From Candidatus Brocadia sp. (GTDB lineage Bacteria > Planctomycetota > Brocadiia > Brocadiales > Brocadiaceae), in assembly GCA_021650915.1 (NCBI GenBank), contig CP091279.1, positions 3,690,001-3,722,000 on the forward strand: a DNA stretch of 32,000 nt, given 5' to 3'. A program made the position numbers and the translations under genes. Positions 23,378 to 31,830 of the stretch are shown here, piece after piece. How positions within the stretch are numbered: the first letter of the stretch is position 1; every line of letters starts with the position of its first letter. The notes under the pieces were generated by a model. The model was not told the DNA's origin. It saw nothing but the letters and a program-made list of their open reading frames with translations, and ran no database searches.

Positions 23378-24112
23378 ATGGTGAATGCAGAAAAATTTAA
23401 CATTTTATTTTCTGTGGTAGTGCTTATTAGTCTATTTTTTCTCATCCCTCTCAATGCAGCGAGTGATACTGCAGGAGAAGTGTCATTCTCTGACAGGCAG
23501 AAAATACTTGAAAAACTCAAGAAACTCGCCAAAGATACCCATACAATAACTGCTATAGTTACTCAGGAGAAACAACTCTCCCTATTGAAAAAAAAGATTT
23601 ACATTGATGGATCTGTGGTAATCATAAAAAACCCGAACGTATTCAGATGGGATATAGTCAAGCCTGATAAATCTATAATAATTATTGAAGGTGAGACGAT
23701 GACTATTTATCACCCTGATGTTAAAGAGGCGCAAGTATATAACCTTTCTGAAAATCCAATAGCTCGCAATACCGTGAATTTTTTTAGAACAACTCTCTGG
23801 GGTTCATACACTGAAATAGAAAAGAAATTTTCGGTAACTATACTCCGTAAAAATAACGAAATAGTCTTTCAATTAGTACCTTTATCAAAGACAGTTGGAC
23901 AATACTTATCTTCTATTCTTATATACTATGATGAAGGAACGGGGTTCCCACGGGGTTTCGAAATGACAACTCCGAAAGGCGGAAAGACTGTTACCAGGTT
24001 GTCAAACATTAAGATTAACCCGGAAATCAAGACAGACACCTTTAAGTTAAAATTGCCTGCGGATGTCTGGATAACGAACAATCCTGAGCATAGTCAATGC
24101 GATATTAAATAA
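23378..24112 (+). CDS. LolA-like outer-membrane lipoprotein carrier family protein
   Basis: Signal peptide (VVVLISLFFLIPLNAAS). The length and beta-rich pattern TITAIVTQEKQLSLLKKKIYIDGSVVIIKNPNVFRWDIVKPD...TIYHPD are typical of LolA/LolB-fold proteins. GGGAGA lies upstream. Confidence 0.6.
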   Translation: MVNAEKFNILFSVVVLISLFFLIPLNAASDTAGEVSFSDRQKILEKLKKLAKDTHTITAIVTQEKQLSLLKKKIYIDGSVVIIKNPNVFRWDIVKPDKSIIIIEGETMTIYHPDVKEAQVYNLSENPIARNTVNFFRTTLWGSYTEIEKKFSVTILRKNNEIVFQLVPLSKTVGQYLSSILIYYDEGTGFPRGFEMTTPKGGKTVTRLSNIKINPEIKTDTFKLKLPADVWITNNPEHSQCDIK

Positions 24113-24744
24113 TGGTTACTGTGATTAAACTCTTTACAGTTATCGCCATAATAGTATTGAGTGTTTATCTCTATCCACATCTGAATCATCAAAATATCGG
24201 CGCCTTTGTAAAAGAAAATAGAACTGCGGCACCTTTGTTTTTTATAGCAATTACCGGCTTGAGGCCGATTCTTTTTTTCCTGCCATCGATGGGTTTGACA
24301 ATCGTGGCGGGTATATTGTTTGGCACGATCTGGGGCACGGTGTACGTGGTTGTCGGCGGAGCGCTTTCCACACTCGTGGGATTCTATTTTGCGAGATGGC
24401 TTGGCAGGGACGTGGTGAAAAGGTTGGTGAATAAAAACTCTATAATCAGAACGCTTGATGAACGATCACGGATGTATGGGAAGCATGCAGTGCTTTATAT
24501 GCGGCTTTTCAATTTGCCCTGGGATATGGTTAGCTACTGGGCGGGTCTTTCAGGGATTTGTTTTTCTGATTATTATAGAGCGAGTCTGATTCCCCTTGTG
24601 CCCATCAGTTTTTTGTATACCTATTTTGGCAGCCATGTATTGACGCCGACCAGTACAGGATTTATTGTCTCGCTGTCAATCATGCTCGTAATGGGCGCGA
24701 TTCCTTATATAAAACCAAAATTTAAGAAGAAAGCGTATGGCTGA
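24112..24744 (+). CDS. TVP38/TMEM64 (DedA-related) family membrane protein
   Basis: PSMGLTIVAGILFGTIWGTVYVVVGGALSTLVGFYFARWLGRDVV is the family core. The start overlaps the upstream stop (TAATG). Confidence 0.75.
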   Translation: MVTVIKLFTVIAIIVLSVYLYPHLNHQNIGAFVKENRTAAPLFFIAITGLRPILFFLPSMGLTIVAGILFGTIWGTVYVVVGGALSTLVGFYFARWLGRDVVKRLVNKNSIIRTLDERSRMYGKHAVLYMRLFNLPWDMVSYWAGLSGICFSDYYRASLIPLVPISFLYTYFGSHVLTPTSTGFIVSLSIMLVMGAIPYIKPKFKKKAYG

Positions 24745-25798
24745 AAGTATTGGGGCAATAAAACTTCCCATAAACAGGCTACACATGGAACTAACAAATG
24801 CCTGTAATTTTTCCTGTGAGTTTTGTCCCGATTCAAGGATGAAAAGGCAGAGGGGATTCATGCCTCTCGAAATGGCCAGGTCCATACTGGACGATATTGG
24901 CAGGACGGGAATTGCGAAATTGGTATTGTTTCATGTGATGGGAGAGCCTGCCTTGCATCCCCATTTCATTGACATAGTCAGGTATGCAAATCATAAAAAT
25001 GTGGCCGTGTGTATAACAACAAACGGCAGCCGTATAGAAAAAAACGATTTGCTCAACACCCTTATCCAGGCCAATGCCAAACAAGTGATCCTGTCACTTC
25101 AAACGCCTGACGAAAACACCTTCTCCATGAGAGGCGCCAGGGGCGTGTCCTTTGAAGACTATGCTGAATATGTCACATCGATAGCAAGAACTTTTATGAA
25201 TAACGGGCACGAAAGTGAGCTGGTCATACATTTTCTTTCATCACCCTTACGGAAATTAATGATACCCATAGCTAAGGAGCTCAGTATTGCCGACACATCA
25301 AAAAAATTACGGTCGCATTTACAGGCATGGGCGGAAAGGATATTGAAAGGCACCAGTAACGAGCATCGGTTGTCCAATGTGCAAAGACAGATTACTCGTG
25401 CGAGAAGTTTTAAGGAAAACAAGATTTTTATCAACGACCGGCTTTCTTTTCAGACACGGATCGTCGGAGATTGGGCAACGCATTTTGACACAAAGGTCGT
25501 TAATGCAAGAGTTGGTTATTGTCCCGGGATTCAGGACAACTTTGGCATACTCTGGAACGGGGATTACACCTTTTGCTGCACGGATTATGACGGCAGGACA
25601 TCCACGCATAATTATAGCGATACTTCTATTCAAGATTATTTGAGCAATGAGGTGGTGCAAAAGGTTGTAAGGGGGTTTAGAAGGTTCAGGGTATTACACC
25701 CTTACTGCAAACAATGTCTCGGTGATAAGAATATGCTGAATTCACTGGTGAAGCAGGTGGGGTCCATTGTCTATTTTAAATGGATTAAAAAAAGATGA
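24737..25798 (+). CDS. Radical SAM enzyme with Cys-rich C-terminal (SPASM/twitch-like) extension
   Basis: CNFSCEFC is the CX3CX2C cluster motif. C-terminal cysteines are CPGIQDNFGILWNGDYTFCC and YCKQC. It overlaps the upstream gene by 8 nt. Confidence 0.85.
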   Translation: MAESIGAIKLPINRLHMELTNACNFSCEFCPDSRMKRQRGFMPLEMARSILDDIGRTGIAKLVLFHVMGEPALHPHFIDIVRYANHKNVAVCITTNGSRIEKNDLLNTLIQANAKQVILSLQTPDENTFSMRGARGVSFEDYAEYVTSIARTFMNNGHESELVIHFLSSPLRKLMIPIAKELSIADTSKKLRSHLQAWAERILKGTSNEHRLSNVQRQITRARSFKENKIFINDRLSFQTRIVGDWATHFDTKVVNARVGYCPGIQDNFGILWNGDYTFCCTDYDGRTSTHNYSDTSIQDYLSNEVVQKVVRGFRRFRVLHPYCKQCLGDKNMLNSLVKQVGSIVYFKWIKKR

Positions 25799-25926
25799 TG
25801 GTTATGAATAACCAATTAAAATATTTTTTGGATTGTCCTCTTATGGTGTTTATAGTGCTCGATGTTTTGATTTTACAACTTGGAATAATTGAAATTAAGG
25901 TCAACTTTTTAAGGGGGATATTATGA
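25795..25926 (+). CDS. Possible 43-aa hydrophobic micro-protein (MMVMNNQLKYFLDCPLMVFIVLDVLILQLGIIEIKVNFLRGIL)
   Basis: Hand-translated; it is below the 60-aa cut-off of the ORF track. Its ATG overlaps the radical-SAM stop (ATGATG, 25795-25800), and its TGA overlaps the next gene's ATG (ATGA, 25923-25926). There is no homology evidence. Confidence 0.25.
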   Translation: MMVMNNQLKYFLDCPLMVFIVLDVLILQLGIIEIKVNFLRGIL

Positions 25927-26492
25927 AAAAAATGAGAAATATGTTTCAGAGAACCCTGTTGTTGCTATTTTTAGTTTCAGGAGTTGTCTATGCAAATGAG
26001 GAGAATATTTATTATGCACGATGCAATCTAAAAGTATTTAAGGGTAATTATATTACATGGGTTAACTGGCAGGACTCCCAAACATTTATTCCTGTAGGCA
26101 CAAAGTTGAAAGTTACAAGATCAGGCAGTAAGGCATCACTGATAAATGCAGAAACCGGAGATCGTTATACCTTGGATATAGGCGCAAAAGGAGACGAATT
26201 CCTTGAGAAATATGTTATAAAAAAACAACCAGTTGACATTGTCTCATTACCAAAGGAAATTCAGGCCAGTATCAATAATACCACAGCCGAAATTGGTATG
26301 ACGAAAAAACATGTTTACATGTCCATGGGCCCACCCATAGGTCCCAAAAGCGCCAGAACAAACAAGATGACGTATGAGGATATAATGAATATCAACATGT
26401 GGGTTTATGCAAAACGTCGTTTCCAAAATATTAATATAACGTTTGATGCTAATACAGGCAAGGCAAAGAAAGTCGAAGGAATCTGGAAATAA
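25923..26492 (+). CDS. Secreted protein of unknown function with a BamE/SmpA_OmlA-like C-terminal segment
   Basis: AAGGGGGA SD. Signal peptide LLLLFLVSGVVYA. The segment EIGMTKKHVYMSMGPP resembles the G-M-T-x-x-x-V-x-x-x-x-G-x-P motif of BamE-like domains. Confidence 0.45.
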   Translation: MKKMRNMFQRTLLLLFLVSGVVYANEENIYYARCNLKVFKGNYITWVNWQDSQTFIPVGTKLKVTRSGSKASLINAETGDRYTLDIGAKGDEFLEKYVIKKQPVDIVSLPKEIQASINNTTAEIGMTKKHVYMSMGPPIGPKSARTNKMTYEDIMNINMWVYAKRRFQNINITFDANTGKAKKVEGIWK

Positions 26493-26508
26493 ATTTGGAG
26501 ACAATACT

Positions 26509-27049
26509 ATGAGATTAAAAATATTTTCTTTATTTCTATTCGTTATTTTCATTGCAGGCTGCGCTAGCTTGAAAGCAAACAGAGATATGGGAATGAAGAT
26601 TTCTAAGGCAGAAAATAAAATTATGGTATTCCCTTTCAGAAATCCTTATTACAAAGGCGTGGAATTAGAAGGAGTGGGTGATACTTTCGCACTTTCTTTT
26701 GTTAGTGAAATCCAGTCTACCGGAAGGACATGCGAGCTTGCTGAGGGTGATGATTTCAAAGCAAATAAATCAAGTTAAAGTTGATGATGCGTGTGCCTAC
26801 GCTCGCCAGAAAGGTGCAGCTATTGCTGTTATAGGTGTTGTTACTGAATGGCTTGACGGGGCTACACAATGGTCAGGTACCGTCGATGTGGCATCTGTTA
26901 TAGTGAATGCTTATGATACAGAAAATTGCAAACTCATATCTACTGCTTCTGGCAGGCAAAACGGACAACGGTTTACCTTTGTAAATGCACCGGCAACAAG
27001 ATTTATGCGTCCATTATCCCAAGAAGTAGTGAAATCCCTGTTTGAATGA
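26509..27049 (+). pseudogene. Lipoprotein (CsgG/LpoB-like alpha/beta lipoprotein pattern) with an apparent frameshift near 26762-26778
   Basis: Signal peptide plus lipobox (LFLFVIFIAGC) at ATG 26509. Frame 1 stops at 26778, while frame 2 (track ORF 26678..27049) continues as ...INQVKVDDACAYARQKGAAIAVIGVVTEW... with no start or signal of its own. Confidence 0.5.
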
Positions 27050-27138
27050 TTTTTCGCAACGATTATTAATTTTAGCCATGAAACTTTTAGTCGAACATGC
27101 AAAAGTGATATAAAGATATCCAAAAAAGGAGAAAAACG

Positions 27139-27711
27139 ATGTTATCAAAATACCGTCTGTGGTGCTTATTGTGTATGCTGGTTTTTATTGTATCTTGTGC
27201 AGGTTCTTCAGGCTATATGAGATCTTCGCAGACCTTGCTGAATCCAATACAAGATAAAGCATTAGTGCGTTTTATGAGACCTTCCGGTTTTGGATGTGCC
27301 ATAAATTTCAACATGCTGGATGGAGAAAAAGTTATTGGCAATAGTGTGGCAAAATCCCAATTTGATTATCTTGCAGACCCCGGAAAACACTTATTTGTTG
27401 CTACTGCTGAAAATAAAGCATTCCTTGAAGCGGAGCTGGAAGCAGGTAAAACTTATTACGTTATCACGAGAGTATACATAGGGGCATGGACTGCTCGCGT
27501 TGCTTTTTTACCCGTTAATAAAGGTTCTGAATTTTGGGATAAGGTTCTTAAATATGAAAATACTTTGCAAAAGCTCCAACCTGATATAAATGCCTTAAAA
27601 ACATGGGAAGATGCAAATAAAGCAAAAATACAAAAAGTTCTCTCTGCGTATGAAACAGAATGGAAAGATAAATATTCATGGCCCAAACTTATGCCAGAAG
27701 ATGGAAGATAA
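27139..27711 (+). CDS. DUF2846-like lipoprotein
   Basis: AAGGAG SD. Lipobox FIVSC. ALVRFMRPSGFG...MLDGEKVIGNS...ADPGKHLFVA...LEAGKTYYVI follows the DUF2846 pattern. Confidence 0.5.
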   Translation: MLSKYRLWCLLCMLVFIVSCAGSSGYMRSSQTLLNPIQDKALVRFMRPSGFGCAINFNMLDGEKVIGNSVAKSQFDYLADPGKHLFVATAENKAFLEAELEAGKTYYVITRVYIGAWTARVAFLPVNKGSEFWDKVLKYENTLQKLQPDINALKTWEDANKAKIQKVLSAYETEWKDKYSWPKLMPEDGR

Positions 27712-27712
27712 C

Positions 27713-29053
27713 ATGAAATTACTCTTAGTCTCTCCCCTTGCCTCGAAAAGCTTTCTCGGTGGTGATTTCTACTTCCGCCTCCCGTATCTGGGGCTTTTGA
27801 AGGTTGCTTCCCTTACTCCGCCTAACTGGGATGTCAGCATTATTGATGAAAAGGTTGAATCACTTGATTTAACTCAGGGCGCCGATCTTGTAGGCATTAC
27901 CGCCATGACGCCTGCCGTCAATCGCGCTTACGAAATAGCAGATAGTTTTCGATCACGGGGCATAAAAGTAATCATGGGCGGCATGCATGTGTCGAAGATG
28001 CCTGATGAGGCGCTGCGGCATTGTGACAGTGTGATTATCGGTGAGGCTGAGCGGCTATGGGACAAAGCCCTGAATGATTGTAAAAGGGACGAACTAAAAA
28101 GTATCTATCGGCATGACAATGAATACCCTTCTCTGGCTAATTTCCCTGCGCCAAATTGGAAATTATACGAAGGGAAACGATACCTGCCCGTGCATTTTCT
28201 TGAAACGACCCGGGGATGTCCCCACAACTGTGAGTTTTGCTCGGTGACAAATTCATTCGGCGGCAAGTTTAGAAACAGGCCGGTTGATGAGGTTGAAAGG
28301 GAGATACAAGACCTGAAGCCGTTTGAGGGCAGGTTTGTTCTGAAAAACGTAGTCTTTTTCGTAGACGATAACATCATAAGCAACAGGAAGCATACAAAAG
28401 AACTTCTAAGCAGGATTATCCCTTACAACCTCAAATGGACGGGGCAGGCGTCCGTTAATATTGCAAAAAACAACGAAATCCTTGAACTTTGCAAAAAGAG
28501 CGGCTGTATGGGACTTGTGGTAGGGTTTGAATCGTTATCACAGGGTAATCTTGCAAATATGGGGAAGACGTTCAATACGCCCGATACGTATATCGATGTG
28601 GTAAAAAAATTGCATGATTATGGCATAGGGGTCACCGGCGCCTTTGTTTTTGGCTTTGATCACGACGACGAAAGTGTCTTTGACAGAACTATTGAGTTTG
28701 TCATTAAGGCAAAGATTGATGTGTGTTATTTTTCCATTTTGACGCCGTATCCCGGCACGCGGGTGTATTCACAGATGTTGCAGGAAGGCCGAATAATCGA
28801 TCACGACTGGTCGAACTACAATACGAACCACGTCGTTTTTAAACCCAAATTAATGAAACCTGAAAAGCTCCTTGACGGATTTCACCATGCCTTAAAAGAA
28901 AGTTTCTCTTATACTGCAATTTTTAAAAGACTGTGGGGCAACGGGACATACAAGAATTTTTTCTACCCCATGAACTTTGGTTTCAGGCAGACCGTCAGAA
29001 AAACAATAAAAAACAAACAGCATTTTTCCTATGAAGAGGATCCTGATTCTTGA
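27713..29053 (+). CDS. B12-binding-domain radical SAM enzyme (class B type)
   Basis: N-terminal cobalamin-binding-like domain (KLLLVSP...ADLVGITAMT...KVIMGGMHVS...IIGEAE), then TTRGCPHNCEFCSV (CX3CX2C). The start is set at ATG 27713, 1 nt after the upstream stop. Confidence 0.85.
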   Translation: MKLLLVSPLASKSFLGGDFYFRLPYLGLLKVASLTPPNWDVSIIDEKVESLDLTQGADLVGITAMTPAVNRAYEIADSFRSRGIKVIMGGMHVSKMPDEALRHCDSVIIGEAERLWDKALNDCKRDELKSIYRHDNEYPSLANFPAPNWKLYEGKRYLPVHFLETTRGCPHNCEFCSVTNSFGGKFRNRPVDEVEREIQDLKPFEGRFVLKNVVFFVDDNIISNRKHTKELLSRIIPYNLKWTGQASVNIAKNNEILELCKKSGCMGLVVGFESLSQGNLANMGKTFNTPDTYIDVVKKLHDYGIGVTGAFVFGFDHDDESVFDRTIEFVIKAKIDVCYFSILTPYPGTRVYSQMLQEGRIIDHDWSNYNTNHVVFKPKLMKPEKLLDGFHHALKESFSYTAIFKRLWGNGTYKNFFYPMNFGFRQTVRKTIKNKQHFSYEEDPDS

Positions 29054-30194
29054 CGGGATGTGGAATAAATCCCTTGCGGCCGTGCGGTCTTTTGGCAGGA
29101 GAGGATTTTACGTCGCAGCAGGCGAAAGGACACGGCTTGCAGCGGCAATTTTTTCGAAATACTGCAGCAGGCGATGGGTCTATGCATCTCCAGGAGTATC
29201 CCCGGTTGATTTCCTCAATGACCTTGAAACGGAACTGAAAGCGGGTAAGTACGATGTTGTCTTTCCCATGGAATTTTCTACTCAGATTCTTTTAACTGAC
29301 GTTGCAAACAGACAGAGGATCGAAAGACACACACGATTGCCTTTTGCTGATGCCGATCTTGCCAAAAAAGGGAATGATAAAGCATGTGTTATGCAGTATG
29401 CAAGAGAAAGAGGGATTGATGTCCCAACAACGTATGTTGTAAGTGATATTGAGCAAATTACGATGATTGCAAAGGAAGTTGCGTATCCTATTCTTATAAA
29501 ACCACGGAATAGTTCTGGTTCAAGAGGTATTGTATTCGTTAAAGAAAGAGAGGAATTATTAACGTCATACCTGAAAGTGCACAAGGAATATCCATTTCCA
29601 ATCATTCAGGAATATATACCGGACGGTGGCGAAGTGTATGGAGTTGGATTGCTTCTCAATTTTCAATCGGAGATACGGGCGTCTTTTGTATACAAGCGTT
29701 TACGCTCGCATCCCGTGAGAGGTGGGCCGAGCACGCTCAGGGAAAGTGTGAAACGGGAAGACATCAGAGAGATTGCCGGGTCATTTATGAAGTCGCTTCG
29801 TTGGACAGGGGTTGCCCACGTGGAATTTAAAATCGATCCGAGAGACAGGAAGCCGAAATTGCTCGAAGTGAATCCACGATTCTGGGGATCTTTACAACTG
29901 GCTATTGAATCAGGAGTTGATTTTCCATTTCTCTTATATAAGATGGCAATGGAAGGCGATATTGAGCCTGTCATGGACTATAATGTTGGTGTCAGGTGCA
30001 GGTGGCTTATCCCGGGTGATTTATTGCACTTTATCAAAAACCCGGAGAGGTTAAGACTAAAACCCAGTTTTTTTGATTTCAAAACAAAAGACGATATTAT
30101 TTCCCTCAGCGATCCTATGCCAGTAATTGGAAGAATATCGTCCGTTCTGGCTTTTTTATATGATAAGGAAATGAAAAATCTTTTACATGGATGA
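29031..30194 (+). CDS. ATP-grasp family ligase
   Basis: The pre-ATP-grasp segment (RILILDG...AAVRSFGRRG), YPILIKPRNSSGSRGI, IIQEYIPDGGEVYGV and HVEFKIDPRDRKPKLLEVNPRFWGS are typical ATP-grasp motifs. It overlaps the upstream gene by 23 nt. Confidence 0.75.
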   Translation: MKRILILDGMWNKSLAAVRSFGRRGFYVAAGERTRLAAAIFSKYCSRRWVYASPGVSPVDFLNDLETELKAGKYDVVFPMEFSTQILLTDVANRQRIERHTRLPFADADLAKKGNDKACVMQYARERGIDVPTTYVVSDIEQITMIAKEVAYPILIKPRNSSGSRGIVFVKEREELLTSYLKVHKEYPFPIIQEYIPDGGEVYGVGLLLNFQSEIRASFVYKRLRSHPVRGGPSTLRESVKREDIREIAGSFMKSLRWTGVAHVEFKIDPRDRKPKLLEVNPRFWGSLQLAIESGVDFPFLLYKMAMEGDIEPVMDYNVGVRCRWLIPGDLLHFIKNPERLRLKPSFFDFKTKDDIISLSDPMPVIGRISSVLAFLYDKEMKNLLHG

Positions 30195-30203
30195 GGATAA
30201 TTT

Positions 30204-30995
30204 ATGAACATAAGAAGAAATTGTATTTTATTGGTATGGTTTGTAGCGATTGTTATTTTTTCCGTGACTACGATAAGCAATGCCGAAGAATCTCCTGCGC
30301 ATGTGGCTCAGGAAGATTTGTATGAAAAGGCGATGGTTCTTAAAGAAGATGGTAAGGGTGATGAGGCGATAAATATGTTCAATAAATTCATGGACACCAA
30401 CAAGGACGAATTAAAAAGAACTGATGCCATGTTAGAGCAATGCATGATTATGAAAGGTATGAAAACTCCTACTTGGAAAACTAAGGCAAGAGAGGCACAA
30501 CAAAAGGTTAAAATTCTTTATAGAACTAATTATATGAATCCAGAATACTGGCTTGTCTATGCAAAGTTTGCAGCGATTGTCAATGAGGAACGTGATGTAT
30601 ATGGAGCATTTAAAAAGGCATTTTACTATAAGCCGGATTATCCGGAAGGTTATATTGTAAAGGGAGATTTGTACAGCTACCTTGCAAAAAATACCGACCC
30701 GTCAGAATCCACTGCAAGCACTGCAATCGGTTATGAAGAGGCACATGTCAGTAAAGAGAATTCCGTCCGTTACCAGAAAGGAAAAGAGGCAAAGGAGTCT
30801 TACGAAATTGCACTTAGAAATTCAACCCTGGATAACGATAAAAAGGCGTCTATTCATTATAAAATTGGCGAACTGGAAATGAATATTTTATTAAATAAAG
30901 AAGAAGCGATTAAGAACTGGAAGAAGACGGTTGAGCTTTCCCGTGATAGTATGTATGGTAAAAAATCCGCCGAACTCTTGAGCAAGAATCTGTGA
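30204..30995 (+). CDS. Secreted TPR-like helical-repeat protein
   Basis: GAGGA SD. Signal/anchor LLVWFVAIVIFSVTTISNA. Repeated A-x-x-x-(F/Y)-x-K-A-(L/F) type helices are present (YEKAMVLKEDGKGDEAINMFNKFM, AFKKAFYYKPDYPEGY, AIKNWKKTVELS). Confidence 0.5.
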   Translation: MNIRRNCILLVWFVAIVIFSVTTISNAEESPAHVAQEDLYEKAMVLKEDGKGDEAINMFNKFMDTNKDELKRTDAMLEQCMIMKGMKTPTWKTKAREAQQKVKILYRTNYMNPEYWLVYAKFAAIVNEERDVYGAFKKAFYYKPDYPEGYIVKGDLYSYLAKNTDPSESTASTAIGYEEAHVSKENSVRYQKGKEAKESYEIALRNSTLDNDKKASIHYKIGELEMNILLNKEEAIKNWKKTVELSRDSMYGKKSAELLSKNL

Positions 30996-31816
30996 TTAAT
31001 GGTTTGACCGTTGACCTTGAAGACTGGTATCACATCTGTGGCGTAGAAGGCTATTCTGACCCACAGAACTGGGATACGTATGAAAATCGCATCATAAGAA
31101 ATACCGATAAGGTACTTGCCCTGTTAAGAACGTATAAAGTAAGGGCTACTTTTTTTGTCCTTGGATACATTGCCTTCAAAGAGCCGGATCTCATAAGAAC
31201 AATTAAGAGTGAGGGGCATGAAATAGCAACGCACGGCTTCTATCATAAAAGGATCTTTGAGATGACGGAACGGGAGTTTGAGGAAGATGTTCATAAGTCT
31301 ATTTCGGTCATATCATCAAATATCAACGAGGATGTTCTAGGCTTTAGGGCACCGGAATGGTCGATAAGAAAAGAAACTCCTTGGATGTTGAAAATACTCA
31401 GGAAACTTGGTATTCTCTATGACTCGAGTATGGTTCCCCTTACCAGAATGGGAAGCAGGGATTTTCCTCTTTATCCATGCAAATTTACTACTGATTACGG
31501 AGTAATATGGGAATTTCCTCTTACTACAACAAGGCTATTTTGGGAACATCTCCCTTTTACCGGAGGATTGCCCCTGAGGATATTCCCTTACTTTTACATT
31601 GTCTCGAAGATTCAAAGAATAAATCGGGAAGGATATCCGGTTATCGTTTATATTCATCCGTGGGAATTTGACGTGGAACAGCCACACATTGACCTCCCGG
31701 TAAGCAGACGTTTTATGCATTATTTTAATATAAAAGCAACGTGCAAAAAGGTGGAGGGCTTGCTTCAGCATTTCCAGTTTTCCACGGTGAAGGACGTGCT
31801 TGGGATCAGGACATGA
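30992..31816 (+). CDS. Polysaccharide deacetylase (NodB fold) with DUF3473-type C-terminus, as seen in exosortase/EPS loci
   Basis: LTVDLEDWYH (Asp-Asp motif region), ATHGFYH (His-His), FRAPEW and IYIHPWEF. The GTG start overlaps the TPR gene stop (GTGA). Confidence 0.8.
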   Translation: MINGLTVDLEDWYHICGVEGYSDPQNWDTYENRIIRNTDKVLALLRTYKVRATFFVLGYIAFKEPDLIRTIKSEGHEIATHGFYHKRIFEMTEREFEEDVHKSISVISSNINEDVLGFRAPEWSIRKETPWMLKILRKLGILYDSSMVPLTRMGSRDFPLYPCKFTTDYGVIWEFPLTTTRLFWEHLPFTGGLPLRIFPYFYIVSKIQRINREGYPVIVYIHPWEFDVEQPHIDLPVSRRFMHYFNIKATCKKVEGLLQHFQFSTVKDVLGIRT

Positions 31817-31830
31817 GAGATGCCTATTTT

